64,000 nucleotides of DNA from Eledone cirrhosa (Eukaryota): assembly GCA_964016885.1 (NCBI GenBank), contig OZ024742.1, positions 188,604,001-188,668,000 on the forward strand. Reading direction: 5' to 3'. Shown piece by piece: positions 1-13,490 of the stretch. The notes beneath the pieces are model-generated. The model was not told the origin of the DNA, made no database searches, and saw only the letters and a program-made list of their open reading frames with translations. The position numbers were made by a program, and so were the translations under genes. Position 1 is the stretch's first letter. Each line of letters begins with the position of its first letter.

Positions 1-1407
1 CAAAGCTAATAGAGTTTTATCTTATGACCTTAATGCATTTATAGAAAATGGAAAATTCTGTTCTATTTGCAGTTGCAGTGTTCCCTAGTGAAACTCATAT
101 CTCTGTCAAATCTAAACAAGTATTTGGCTATTAATGTGTCGTTAGGGAGATCTCTTCGCAACCACTTCTTTTTGAGTTCGCTTCATTTACCTTACTCTTT
201 GCTCCAATTCTCTCGGTACCAGCGGCAACTGAATATTAACCTTGTGGTGAACTGGTGTCATTTCTCAGCGGTAGCGTGGTACTTTCAGTCGCTTATTGCC
301 CATGAAACCGGTATAAGATCCGGACTTCCTTCCAGGCGTGGAAATATATAAATACAGACGTAAGACGATAAATTTAAATCTCTAAGAAATATATGCTGTT
401 GCTTCCATGCTATATAAAGATTGACGACTGGTTTTCCGGAACCATTTACGCCAACATCATGCTGGACTTTTCGTCTTGCATATACAGTAACAACTTCCGA
501 TGAATTTCCTAACGAATTTATCTAGTGTAGATAGATACAGACTGCCTACAGAAGTATCTCAGCTACTCTTATGTAACGAATCGCATTGCTACGTTTTTCC
601 CTGATTTCCTATTCAAAAGGCTAATAACATATATACACACGGACATACCAGTGAAACACGCAAGCCCAGATATACAGAGGTCCAAACACACGCATATGTT
701 CAAATATACGTATATATAGAGAAAGAGATATTCACACACGCATGTATTTATAAATGTGTGTTTTGTGGTGGATAGAGAAAGAGGGGGAGCTGATTGATTC
801 ATTGACACATCTATATAAATATTCCTCTACAGACATATATATAAACGCACAATTCACATCTTTTCCTTTCATCTCTCTGACTTATTCTTAAATTTATCAC
901 ATTTCTTTGGCTCTCTAGAAAACTTTCCAGATCATATATAGAAGATCACAGGAGGCAATAAAATTGCACACACATATATAGGCACATATACACACACATG
1001 AGAACACACATACATGTATACATAGATACATCCGCATATGCATATATATGTCCATCCATCCGACTATATATATATACGTAAAATATATGGAATGGGCCTT
1101 CGCCGATTTCACTGTAAGAGTTCCAGTTGTTCGATCACAAGAACAGCTTGCTCGATACATTAAGGTGTAAATGGCATACATATATACACACAGATGTTAA
1201 TGCAGACACACAAACACACAAACACTCACACACACATACATACATAGAAACATTAAAAAATCAGGCATACAAAAACACATAAATACATGCAAACATATGC
1301 CCACATATACATCATAATATACTGACATATATACACATATATATAAATGCAGATACACACATACAAACATAAAAAACTAGCCATACAAAAACACTTAAAT
1401 GCATCAT

Positions 1408-1685
<278 letters not shown>

Positions 1686-1773
1686 TGAAAACATACAAAA
1701 ATCAAGCATACAAAAACACATACGTATATACCTATGAACATAAATGCATCACTATATACTGACATACACACAC

Positions 1774-1818
<45 letters not shown>

Positions 1819-2204
1819 GTGACACACACATACATTCATACATACATACATACATGCATTCATACATTCATACAAACATATCAACACACTCATAAGCATA
1901 GAGGCAAACATATATTCAAATGCATGCGTACGTGATTCTTTCATATCTATTGTGAAAATCCTAGCATATGCTGTGCCTGGTCAATTGCAGACATCCATTA
2001 ATCTTGGTAGGGTATATTACACTCAACACACAAACAGTGAAGATAGAATATGAGAACAAGAGAGCCGTCCAGATGAAGAAATACAACAGAATTACATAAA
2101 TAGAAACCTTCATTTTGACAAGAGTAAAATAATGTGATAGAAAGAAGAAACGAAATCTGTTGTTGTACCTGAATTATCATAACATTGCTTTTTCACATGA
2201 CTAG

Positions 2205-2742
2205 ATTCGGTTAATCGTGCCAGAAATTAAATGTTGGATATATCAGAATATAGCTATTTCCCTTGGTTCGATTAACCGAGCAAGGTATTGAGTGTTGAAC
2301 ACACTACAATATAGCTTGTTTCCCTTGGTTCGGTTAACCGAGCAATGTGTTTAATGTTGAACATACTACAACATAGCTTGTTTCCCTTGGTTTGGTTAAC
2401 CGAGCAATGTGTTTAATCTTGAACATACTACAATATAGCTTGTTTCCCTTGCTTCGGTTAATGGAGTAAGATATTAAATGTATAATTGTATACCTATATG
2501 AATTTGTTCGGTTAACCGAGCACTGTATTGAAAAGCTGTATATGTCAGAATATAACTATTTGATTTTGGTTTGGGTAACCATTCAATATTTTGACTGTAT
2601 CTGAAGAGAGCTATTTGACTTTGTTCGGTTAACCGAGAAGTATTTTGACTATATCAGAACATAGCTATTTAACTTGGTTTGGTTAACCGAGAAGTATTTT
2701 GACTATATCAGAACATAGCTATTTGACGTGGTTCGGTTAATA
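2205..2742. repeat. Minisatellite, about 10 degenerate 54-63 bp units with a palindromic core TTCGGTTAACCGAG
   Basis: Core recurs at about 2206, 2266, 2329, 2390, 2453, 2507, 2570, 2624, 2678 and 2732, with ATATAGCT...TTG between cores. Confidence 0.85.
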
Positions 2743-3206
2743 GATTGAATTTTCTTCTACAAATTGTTCATAATTATAGACAAAGGAATAGATGAGTTAA
2801 ACACTACTAACTATTCAATAGCAAGTGTCCTTAGTATAGCTTCAGGTTGACCTAATCCATGTAGAAGCTCGCCCTACCATATCACGCATTATGACATGCC
2901 GTATCTGCAAGAGCATTGGATAAAGGTTTCACGTGTCTGTGGAATAGTCAGCACCTTAGAAGGTAATTTATTAGTTGGAAGTGTATTTGATCGAACTGCT
3001 GAATGCGCTTTATATGAAAATAATTATTTACAGCACCTCGTGGATATCATATTTTTATACATACATATATCATATGAGAGAGGATATATATATATAAAGT
3101 AAGAATATTTTCGAAACAGCGAGTGGGTTTGAAATTATTAGAAATGTAAGCTATCGCCGTATTTTGACTAAAGAAATTAAAGAAATTATTTAGCCTAATA
3201 GTGGGG

Positions 3207-3252
<46 letters not shown>

Positions 3253-3292
3253 GATATTAAATAAATGGAAACTATATTTATAAAACCATATT

Positions 3293-3358
3293 TATTTCAT
3301 TATATATATTTCAGGGATAACATATTAACAATATGCTATGCCTTCCTCAGACAAAATA
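3293..3358 (-). ncRNA. Type I hammerhead ribozyme in a PLE pseudo-LTR fragment (3255-3400)
   Basis: Minus strand reads tattttgt-CTGAGGA-aggcatagcatatt(gtt)aatatgttatccct-GAAA-tatata-TA-atgaaata. Stems I and II pair and stem III is palindromic. Flanks match those of the 53307 and 55588 copies. Confidence 0.8.
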
Positions 3359-3398
3359 CAATATAGACAGTTTTATAGATAAATAGATTTGACATACC

Positions 3399-3464
<66 letters not shown>

Positions 3465-3468
<4 letters not shown>

Positions 3469-4155
3469 TTGAAAATTAACGAACAAAACACAAGATATAT
3501 TAGGTTCACGCTTGGTGGAAGTGGAAGAGATTTCATCGTTTTGGACTGAAATACTTCATATTGACTCGACAACTCCAAACCCGCATTAAAGAACACCTGA
3601 ACACAAGCATCCTCATTCAAAAAACATATTGACAAATGTTGATACACCAACGACAACAACAAAAACAGCAAATATAGAAGCCAAATCGAAAAATATGGGC
3701 AATTTAAGAATAAAGAGAGCCCTGCTTATACATACAAACAATCCAGAAATCAATAACAGAATGGAACTCAACACATGATACTTGGCATAAAAGAGCACAC
3801 CCATACGTACACACACACAACCTAAACACAACCATTTGCACAAGGAATTTGCTTCCTTGAGATAACACATACGGCAATTGAAGTCATCGTGTTGTTTTTC
3901 GTTGATACTACAGCAAACGTTAAACAACGCTTGAAAGCGTTTTATAAATTTTAAATTCAAATATAATTTCAAAGCGGATAGACCGGGAGATTTCTCTTTG
4001 CAACTCCCCTATACTGCAAATAAGGGAATTCTAAGTTCCTAAATATTACGGCGAAAGAAAAAAATGATTACTAGGTAAAAGGCATTATCGTTGCCTTCAT
4101 CTTACAGCCCATTTGGCATTGCTTTAGCCTTCTTACGTATATCACTTTCCCCATT
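3465..4155 (-). mobile_element. Decayed 3' end of a Penelope-like element
   Basis: Minus-strand remnants IMPF and KFIKRFQALFN resemble VFPFY and MFIQKYRPALN of the GIY-YIG C-terminus at 43580. Flanked by (TA)n on both sides. Confidence 0.4.
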
Positions 4156-4158
4156 GTG

Positions 4159-4630
<472 letters not shown>

Positions 4631-4945
4631 GTTTACATATATATAAAGTCACTTTGTGGCTCAATGAAGAATTAATAAATTAAATAATCAAATAATTAAA
4701 TAATCAGAGCTATATATCATAAAACATGTCTATAGAATCGCCAGATAAAATATATACCGTTTTCTCTCCCAATTAGTATAATTAATATATATATATATAT
4801 ATATATATGGATTTATGAGCTAACAAACCATACCGAACTGAAAGTTATGGATCTTTGTCATATCTTCAAACAAATGTACAGTAACGCAGGCATGGTAGCT
4901 CGTGAAACCGTTAGTTGCAACAAATGAAATATCATGTGAAAGAAT

Positions 4946-5132
4946 AATTGTTTCTAGTTTAGGCACAAGGCCAGCAATTACCCAGTGCATTACTGGTACT
5001 TTATTTTATCGACCCCGTAAGGATGAAAGGCAAAGTCAACCTCGGCGGGATTTGAACTCAGATCGTAAAGGGACGTAACTATGCTGGAAAGCATGGCGTC
5101 TGACCCTCTACCGATACTGCCAATCCACCGCC
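4946..5132 (-). mobile_element. tRNA-derived SINE with Meta/MESC-like core
   Basis: A-box-like TGGCAGTATCGG, B-box GAGTTCAAATCC, core GTTGACTTTGCCTTTCATCCTTACGGGGTCGATAAAATAAAGTACCA. 16-bp TSD CATGTGAAAGAATAAT at 4933-4948 and 5133-5148. Confidence 0.9.
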
Positions 5133-5223
5133 CATGTGAAAGAATAATGAATAAATATTTGGACTGCATTTATATATAGAGCGTTCTTTCTCATGTTGAG
5201 ATTTTTGTTACACATACATACAC

Positions 5224-5302
<79 letters not shown>

Positions 5303-5547
5303 AGAGAGAGAGTGAGTGAGAGTGATAGAGAGAGGGAGAGAGAGAAAGAGAGAGAGTGTCTGCAAGACAGAATTAGATAAGACCGTCTTATCATCACTAT
5401 ATATCAGTTTACATGTCATACACATGGTAGTTATATATGGACATGATCAGCAATGTACTTTCCTGCCCGCCGAAGATGCGATTCTCGCTAAATCTTTATT
5501 TGTATATGTATATATATATATATATATATACATAGATACACACACAT

Positions 5548-5644
<97 letters not shown>

Positions 5645-5648
5645 TATA

Positions 5649-5830
5649 GGATTGGCAGTATCGGTAGAGGGTCGGACGCCATGCTTTGCAGCATAGTTAC
5701 GTCTCTTTACGATCTGAGTTCAAATCCCGCCGAGGTTGACTTTGCCTTTCCTCCTTACGGGGTCGATAAAATAAAGTACCAGTAATGCACTGGGTAATTG
5801 CTGGCCTTGTGCCTAAAGAAGAAACAATTA
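5649..5830 (+). mobile_element. SINE, same family as 4946
   Basis: Near-identical to the 4946 copy; inserted in (TA)n. Confidence 0.9.
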
Positions 5831-5854
5831 TATATATATATATATATATATATA

Positions 5855-7080
5855 GTTGAAAAGCACAAACAAAGAGACAAACGTAGGAGTCATAGTACAT
5901 AGTGTTATTAGCTTCAGAGTTGTGGAAATGGGGGACGTACGACGTGTCGAACATAAGTCCTTCATCTGGAAATTAGGGAGGAACTCCGAGAGGGACTGGG
6001 GGCAGAGTTATTAGGAAAAACATGGAAGGGCGGGAACAATAGAAATAAAAATAAACATGAAAGTCAAAATAAATAGAAACAGAATCAAATGTATGTGTAG
6101 ATGTGCTAGGGTGTGTGTGTTTGTGTGGTTAAGAGAAGGGGATGCGTGGAGTGTCTGTAGGTGATGTGGGTACGTGTGAAATGTGTAGTTGCTTGGGTGT
6201 GGAAATGGTGCAAGTGCCTGTGTGCGTCTAAGTTTCTGAACGGATGTTGGTGTGTGTGTGTTTGGATGGTAAAGAACTGGGGTGTGACGGGTGGATTCCA
6301 CGTGTGGTAAATTCCGGGTTCAAGTAGCAGAGAATGGCGATGAGGAAGTGAAATGCTATTGCGGCGTACGCAACCGGAAACTGGTCAAGTCGAAGGTGTG
6401 GGAGGAGAGGGTGGAGAGGGTGATGATGGCAGGGCAAAGTGTGAGAGGGAGAGGAGGAGGTGGTGCCAACAGATCAGACCTTGGTGGGTGGGAAAGATAG
6501 TAGTACTACTATGTGTGCGTGAGGGTAGTAGCTGTGTAGACAGGCAGGTGTGTGTGGGTGAGAGTGGCAGGTGTGTATGTGTGTATGGAGTTAAGTGTAT
6601 TTGTGTGTAGAAGGCGTAGTGGACATGTGAGGAGGTAAAGTTGGTGTGAGTGAGTGTATATACTGGTGTGTGTGTGTGTTTAGGGTGTAAAAGTGCGTGT
6701 GTTTTTTTGAAGGTGGTGGTGGAGTTTTAGTAGTGTTAGTGGGGTGGCGAGCTGTGGGTGTCTGTGTGTGGGTAGAGGTTAGTGGTAATAGTAGGGGGAG
6801 AGGAAGAGAGAGATAGGAAGGTACATGTGTACATACTCGTCGTGTATATATACTGGTGTGTGTGTGTGTGTGTGTTTGGGATGTAAGAATATGTGAATTG
6901 TAAGGGGGAAGGAAGGGTGTTGGTGGGCCTGTCTTTTGTAGAGTTAGTGGGGTAGCGAGGTGTGGGTGTGTGTGGGTAGAGGTTAGTCGTGATAGTAGGG
7001 GGGCGGGGGAGTCAGTCGGAGTACAAAGGAATGGGTGGGGAGTTCAAACGGGGATGTTACTGTTCATGTTCATATAGGTA
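5855..7080 (-). mobile_element. Possible PLE 3' UTR/pseudo-LTR remnant, GT-rich, with an internal duplication (about 6655-6810 and 6845-7005)
   Basis: Abuts (TA)n. Degenerate hammerhead-like CAGATGA...GACACG on the minus strand near 5940-5970. Composition resembles the 3' UTR at 43060-43580. Confidence 0.3.
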
Positions 7081-7770
7081 TTGACAGTTAGATAGATATA
7101 TGATTTGATATTTATGAGAACTTGTCACGATCGACTCCTGTATATAAATAGGACACGTGTGTGTATATAAGTAAACATACACATGTATGTATGCATGTGT
7201 GCGTATACGTGCATGCAATAAGAGATTAACTGTTAGAAATATTGATCATATATAGGAAAGTAAATCTGTGATGATACCAATCTTATATAACGTCGATATC
7301 AATGTGATGTCTGTGTGATATAAGATATATACCATTCTGAAATCTTCAGCATATATAAACGTAAAAAAATGACAGAAATGATTCATAATTATTACTATGC
7401 TAGTAATTATTACTAACATGCTATTGTTTTTATTGTTTTAATCTTCTACTGGTTTCAGTAATTAAACTGCGCTTATGTTAGAACACTGTCATAAAGGGAT
7501 TCAGGTAATCCGATTGATCACTGTACTCATTTCTTTTTGTCTAACTGAGAAAACAACAGAGAATAATACAAGCTCAGACGCCTACATGTTACATGCAAAT
7601 TTCCACATAATCATATATGCATACTTACCTAAATATATATACATATATATACATATCTATATGTATATATATATATATGGTCTTTCCTGATGAATTCCTT
7701 CTGATGAAACAGTTCTATATTAAACATGTATGTATATATATGAAGCCGAGAATCATTCGGTTTCCTAGTT

Positions 7771-8020
7771 AGAATTTTAGCCTACGACTTCAGTTATACC
7801 ATTTACGTGGTTTTGTCTTTGCGTGCAATTGTTCTTCCAGCTCCACATATGACGTATTATCTTCGTTTTTTTCCCGTTCATTGCCAGAGAACGTCTCTAT
7901 GAACCACCTAATAGAATATTAGTCTACGACTTCTTTTATACCATAAATGTGGTTTTGTTTTTGCGTGTAATTGTTTTTCACCGCTCCAAATAATGACGTA
8001 TTATATTCGTTTTTTTTCCA
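7771..8020. repeat. Diverged tandem duplication, about 142-bp period
   Basis: AGAATTTTAGCCTACGACTTC...GACGTATTATCTTCGTTTTTT at 7771 is repeated at 7913. Confidence 0.75.
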
Positions 8021-8105
8021 CGAACCGAAGTATCGTCTTTCTGTCTTCCTCCGGTTGCAACGTTTTTTGAAATATTCACTTCTGCCATCACAGATTGACT
8101 GTGTT

Positions 8106-8156
8106 AGTTTCAGAAGATCCCGTTAACGGTGAAAGCAGCGACTCTTTGCTTAAACT
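8106..8156 (+). ncRNA. Hammerhead-like motif with a substituted core (CAGAAGA), in a PLE terminus
   Basis: agttt-CAGAAGA-tcccg(ttaa)cggt-GAAA-gca(gcgactctt)tgc-TT-aaact. All three stems can form. Related termini at about 35236-35360, 41990-42068 and 61140-61212. Confidence 0.55.
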
Positions 8157-8171
8157 TTAATCTGTTATTTT

Positions 8172-8338
<167 letters not shown>

Positions 8339-8406
8339 CGGTATATCGGTATGTGTTTGACGGGTGAGAGAAAAGAGTACTCGATCCCGAAGTAGAGAAT
8401 ACAAAA

Positions 8407-8440
<34 letters not shown>

Positions 8441-8447
<7 letters not shown>

Positions 8448-8806
8448 GTGAGGTTTTTTTTTACAAAATGAAAAATAACCGAGGTGTCCTACACGAGTGG
8501 AAGTATAAAGAAAAAGAGATGAAATCGAAAATGCAACTGAAGTCTTATTTTTTTTAAAAATATATATATTTATTTGGTTCCTTTACCGGTTTCGCAGTTC
8601 TTCTGCTTTTCAAAAGGTGAGTTGAGATGGAGGGTCTGTGGTTTTTCTCACATCTGATGTGAGAAAAACCACAGACCCTCCATCTCAACTCACCTTTTGA
8701 AAAGCAGAAGAACTGCGAAACCGGTAAAGGAACCAAATAAATATATATATTTTTAAAAAAAATAAGACTTCAGTTGCATTTTCGATTTCATCTCTTTTTC
8801 TTTATA
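8441..8806. mobile_element. Perfect fold-back of a PLE pseudo-LTR, same family as the GIY-YIG element at 42503-44553
   Basis: 151-bp perfect inverted arms 8504-8654 and 8656-8806 with a 1-nt centre, a one-sided extension at 8441-8503, and (TA)n on both sides. Confidence 0.85.
8693..8730 (+). ncRNA. Minimal type I hammerhead ribozyme, U3-A8 variant (mirror copy on minus strand 8580-8617)
   Basis: cctt-TTGAAAA-gcag(aagaa)ctgc-GAAA-ccgg-TA-aagg. Confidence 0.75.
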
Positions 8807-8909
8807 TATATATATATATATTCATTTTCTTTAGACTAAATAATGAGTCTTGTTACTCTGGAGTTTCTCCTGGATAAATAGCCGAAACACCAGAGTCTAA
8901 ATAAAATGA

Positions 8910-8944
<35 letters not shown>

Positions 8945-9333
8945 CGTTGGCTTCTGATGTTTGCGTCTAAAAGTTGTCCCACACAATTCTATAGTAGACA
9001 GTACCTGCCCAAAATGCCTCTCAACTGCAGTCTGTCTGAGTCGATGTGATTTTAAAGCGTAATCGTTGATCATACAACCAGGCATAAACCTATCAATATG
9101 AGGATGAAATATGATTAATAAAAGACATAAATATTATGAGAATACCACAGACATGCATGATATCACACGAAATTATATATGCCATTATTCCGATATGTTA
9201 CGATATATGACATTTATAACAACGTAGAACATCTATCTATTATACATAGTACACTACCAATGTTTGGACGCGTTGTTTTGTACTTTGCTACTGCAAAGAT
9301 TTTATACGTTTCCCTCATTCTGTATAACAATAT

Positions 9334-9400
<67 letters not shown>

Positions 9401-9408
9401 AATACACT

Positions 9409-9459
<51 letters not shown>

Positions 9460-10133
9460 TTTTATATACACACATATAAACTGTACACACACATATATAT
9501 GTATGTGTGTGTGTGTGTGTTCTTAGATGTGATGCAGATAATTTGAATTTACGTTTAGTAGTCCTATATATGTTCCGCATTCTATACATGTTTCCAATAT
9601 AACCTTTTTCACACCGAAACGCCTGAAGTTCACCCAAATGTTATGACACAAACGTGTCTGCGTTATGTTCGTATATTCATATTATAAGCTTCTAGAATAA
9701 TTTTATGTATTATCATGTTTTATGTTTCACTCCAAACAGCAGCTTCTTAATGATAAACTTATATTAATAAAACCTTACAAATTATTGATTATTTCGAAGG
9801 TTATTTGGAATTCATATACAGTGTCTTTCATTTAAAATATTGTAACGAACGGGTTACGTATCAATCTTTAAAATGTGTCAATATGTAATAGAATCTCTGA
9901 TAGCATTTGGATATAGAAAGTATAATTTCAATCCGATACTAAGTGGGTGGGTAAGAAGGTTGTTCTAGAAAGATAAAGATAGCATAATTTCCTTTGATAA
10001 TAATTTTAATATCTTAAAATGTTTAACTGAAAATGTGTCACTGTATTTTGAATTTTTTTGTACTTTTTATTTAATTACATATATGTAATAATGCATTTTT
10101 CTATCACATACCTGCACGTGCACGCACATACAC

Positions 10134-10191
<58 letters not shown>

Positions 10192-10250
10192 CAGAATAAA
10201 TGGAGAAGCCAGTACGTATAAAAACAAACTTTACATCTTACACAGTTTCG

Positions 10251-10312
<62 letters not shown>

Positions 10313-10681
10313 ATAGGCAACGGCATTTCTTTCAAACATGTTATATTGACACCATGACTATGAACCCGTTTGTATCATTTTTATTGAGGAATTTTTTTGT
10401 TTTCTTATTTGAACGCTATGTTTAGGTTCAATGTGTAGTTCTTTATTAAATCCATATGAACATTAATGTTTCGAAGTATTCCACGTCTCTATAGTCAGAA
10501 TTATAACGAATCTACTAGTGTTGCATACTAGACACTTATTTAACAGTTGTGAATATTATGTTCAAACTGCTGGAAAATTTGAAATCAGGCGTTCATGGTT
10601 TCCTTCCATTACCATGATAGTATACAACCACGTTTAAACGCCAAACAAATACATTAATTTTATGATTTTATGATGATTCTG

Positions 10682-10720
10682 ATTCTGAAGATGGAGTCGT
10701 GGCGGCTTCGAAACGTAAAT
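10682..10720 (+). ncRNA. Minimal type I hammerhead ribozyme
   Basis: att-CTGAAGA-t-ggagtcg(tgg)cggcttc-GAAA-cg-TA-aat. Stem III is the palindrome ACGT; stem I is short. Confidence 0.6.
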
Positions 10721-10855
10721 ACAAATATAGATTTAGCATAGCTACTCTTTGAAACCAACCATAAGGAACTCAGAGAGAAATACGAGAAACTCTAAATAAA
10801 AATGATAAAAGTGGATCAGGGATGTATTTCCAATATTCCACACTCACAATTTCTA

Positions 10856-11028
<173 letters not shown>

Positions 11029-11091
11029 CCCCTCTCTCTCTCTCTCTCGTTCTCTTTCTCATTATCTCTGTCTCTCACACACACATATATG

Positions 11092-11122
<31 letters not shown>

Positions 11123-11168
11123 TTATACACACACACACACACTCACACGCACACAAATACGCACACGC

Positions 11169-11262
<94 letters not shown>

Positions 11263-11299
11263 CGAATGTAGAAAAGTAACACACGAGGTGATGTATATA

Positions 11300-12319
<1,020 letters not shown>

Positions 12320-12378
12320 GTATATATGTATATATATATATGTATGTATATATATATGTATATATATATATGTATATA

Positions 12379-12475
<97 letters not shown>

Positions 12476-12619
12476 GTATACATATATGTATACATATATA
12501 TATATAACTTCTAACAATCAGCGGCTTTTAGACTCACCTGATTAATGAAACAATTGTTAATACTCTAAATAAATGCTTTTGTACTTTTGTACAGCCGACC
12601 ATGTTATTCTTCATTCGTT

Positions 12620-12678
<59 letters not shown>

Positions 12679-12729
12679 TATATATATATATATATATATT
12701 TATTTATATATATATGCATATATATACAC

Positions 12730-12801
<72 letters not shown>

Positions 12802-13258
12802 CCATGACGACAATACTGCCTTGCCGGTCTCATTAAATATTTTGAACGCAACAGAACTCTCAGAAGAACAGATTCCAAACAATTATCAATAACTTCATTG
12901 TATCTATAATCACAGGATACATTTGTCAATAGAATTTCTAGTCTTTATAGTAATTTAAGTAATTTCAATTGTTCTACTTCATCATCTAGGCCATTTTACA
13001 CAGGGCCATACATAATATTAATATATATTGAATGTCTCATCCGGATGTGGATGTCTTCAATCAAAAACAATTACTCGGGAAGTTCAGGATGAATACTATC
13101 TATGAACAACCTTAATTATGTAGGGAGAAACTGTCACTCGGATTTATATAAAGCCGTGAAGACAACTTGAAGACTTGACATATTCAATATATTTTAGACA
13201 AGGAGCTAAATGTCAATTCTTTTCGCGCCTGAGAACAAATACCTTAAATCATTATTGT

Positions 13259-13305
<47 letters not shown>

Positions 13306-13308
13306 GTT

Positions 13309-13480
13309 GCGGTGGATTGGCAGTATCGGTGGAGGGTCGGACGCCATGCTTTGCAGCATAGTTACGATCTGAGTTCAAATCCCGCCGAGGTTGACTTTGC
13401 CTTTCATCCTTACGGGGTCGATAAAATAAAGTACCAGTAATGCACAGGAAATTGCTGGCCTTGTGCCTAAAGTAGAAACA
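13309..13480 (+). mobile_element. SINE, same family, inserted at the 3' end of the R4/Dong LINE
   Basis: 17-bp TSD ATTATTATTATAGTTGC at 13294-13310 and 13481-13497. Confidence 0.9.
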
Positions 13481-13490
13481 ATTATTATTA

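Noticed and set aside
285-325. GAAACCGGTA hammerhead 3' half (similar halves at about 4903, 12548 and 56976)
   Set aside because: No acceptable core or stem II upstream; at most decayed remnants.
1085-1180. Very old SINE remnants (also about 2900-3010, 26460-26650, 33790-33905, 47610-47765, 58990-59185)
   Set aside because: Probably real, but too decayed to assign boundaries or family reliably by eye.
2205-2742. CRISPR-like appearance: palindromic repeat with spacers
   Set aside because: The spacers are homologous to each other, the context is eukaryotic and there are no cas genes.
4946-5132. tRNA gene call for SINE heads (also 49600-49678)
   Set aside because: A and B boxes are present but there is no complete cloverleaf; each is followed by a SINE core and tail and flanked by TSDs.
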